Under the pieces are notes generated by a model, which searched no databases, had not been told where the DNA came from, and was given only the letters and a program-made list of their open reading frames with translations. Of a stretch of 58,704 bases of DNA, positions 58,704-58,704 are shown piece by piece. The stretch's first letter is position 1; the number at the start of each line of letters is the position of its first letter. The DNA is from an uncultured Sangeribacter sp. GTDB taxonomy: Bacteria > Bacteroidota > Bacteroidia > Bacteroidales > Muribaculaceae. The translations under genes and the position numbers were made by a program. Location of the stretch: contig CAZPHL010000002.1 of NCBI GenBank assembly GCA_964586465.1, positions 1-58,704 of the forward strand, given 5' to 3'.

Positions 58704-58704
58704 A

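Noticed and set aside
1-58704. CRISPR arrays, IS elements, prophage genes, rRNA
   Set aside because: No regularly spaced repeats, transposase/integrase/phage motifs or rRNA-like sequence recognised.

Overview
Chromosomal segment of a gut Bacteroidales bacterium. The TAnnTTTG promoters, SusC/D locus and type IX secretion C-terminal domain fit Bacteroidales; Muribaculaceae is an inference. Most of the window is housekeeping: membrane pyrophosphatase, phoH, sufB, an aspartate aminotransferase, tRNA-Tyr, pfkA, ribF, upp, recF, ribH, a RelA/SpoT homolog, a SlyD-type PPIase, mltD-DUF5683-parB-parA, a MATE and a TolC/HlyD/ABC-2 exporter. Accessory parts are a starch-type susCDEF locus with a separate secreted GH13 amylase and an ECF sigma/anti-sigma/outer-membrane receptor cassette after the tRNA. 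The most striking part is a four-gene minus-strand module at 43.8-47.55 kb. It encodes a 559-aa protein fusing an ECF sigma factor, one transmembrane helix, a long linker and an outer-membrane beta-barrel, followed by two lipoproteins and a radical SAM/SPASM enzyme resembling tyramine-excising spliceases. Both lipoproteins and the sigma-barrel fusion carry an acidic-MYG motif. The same bipartite motif, CATGCAGTATTT-N12-TATCT, lies upstream of the fusion gene and of the lipoprotein-rSAM operon. A structured, terminator-ended candidate ncRNA lies upstream of relA/spoT. No transposase, integrase or CRISPR array was seen. All family assignments come from motif recognition by eye; no database was searched.
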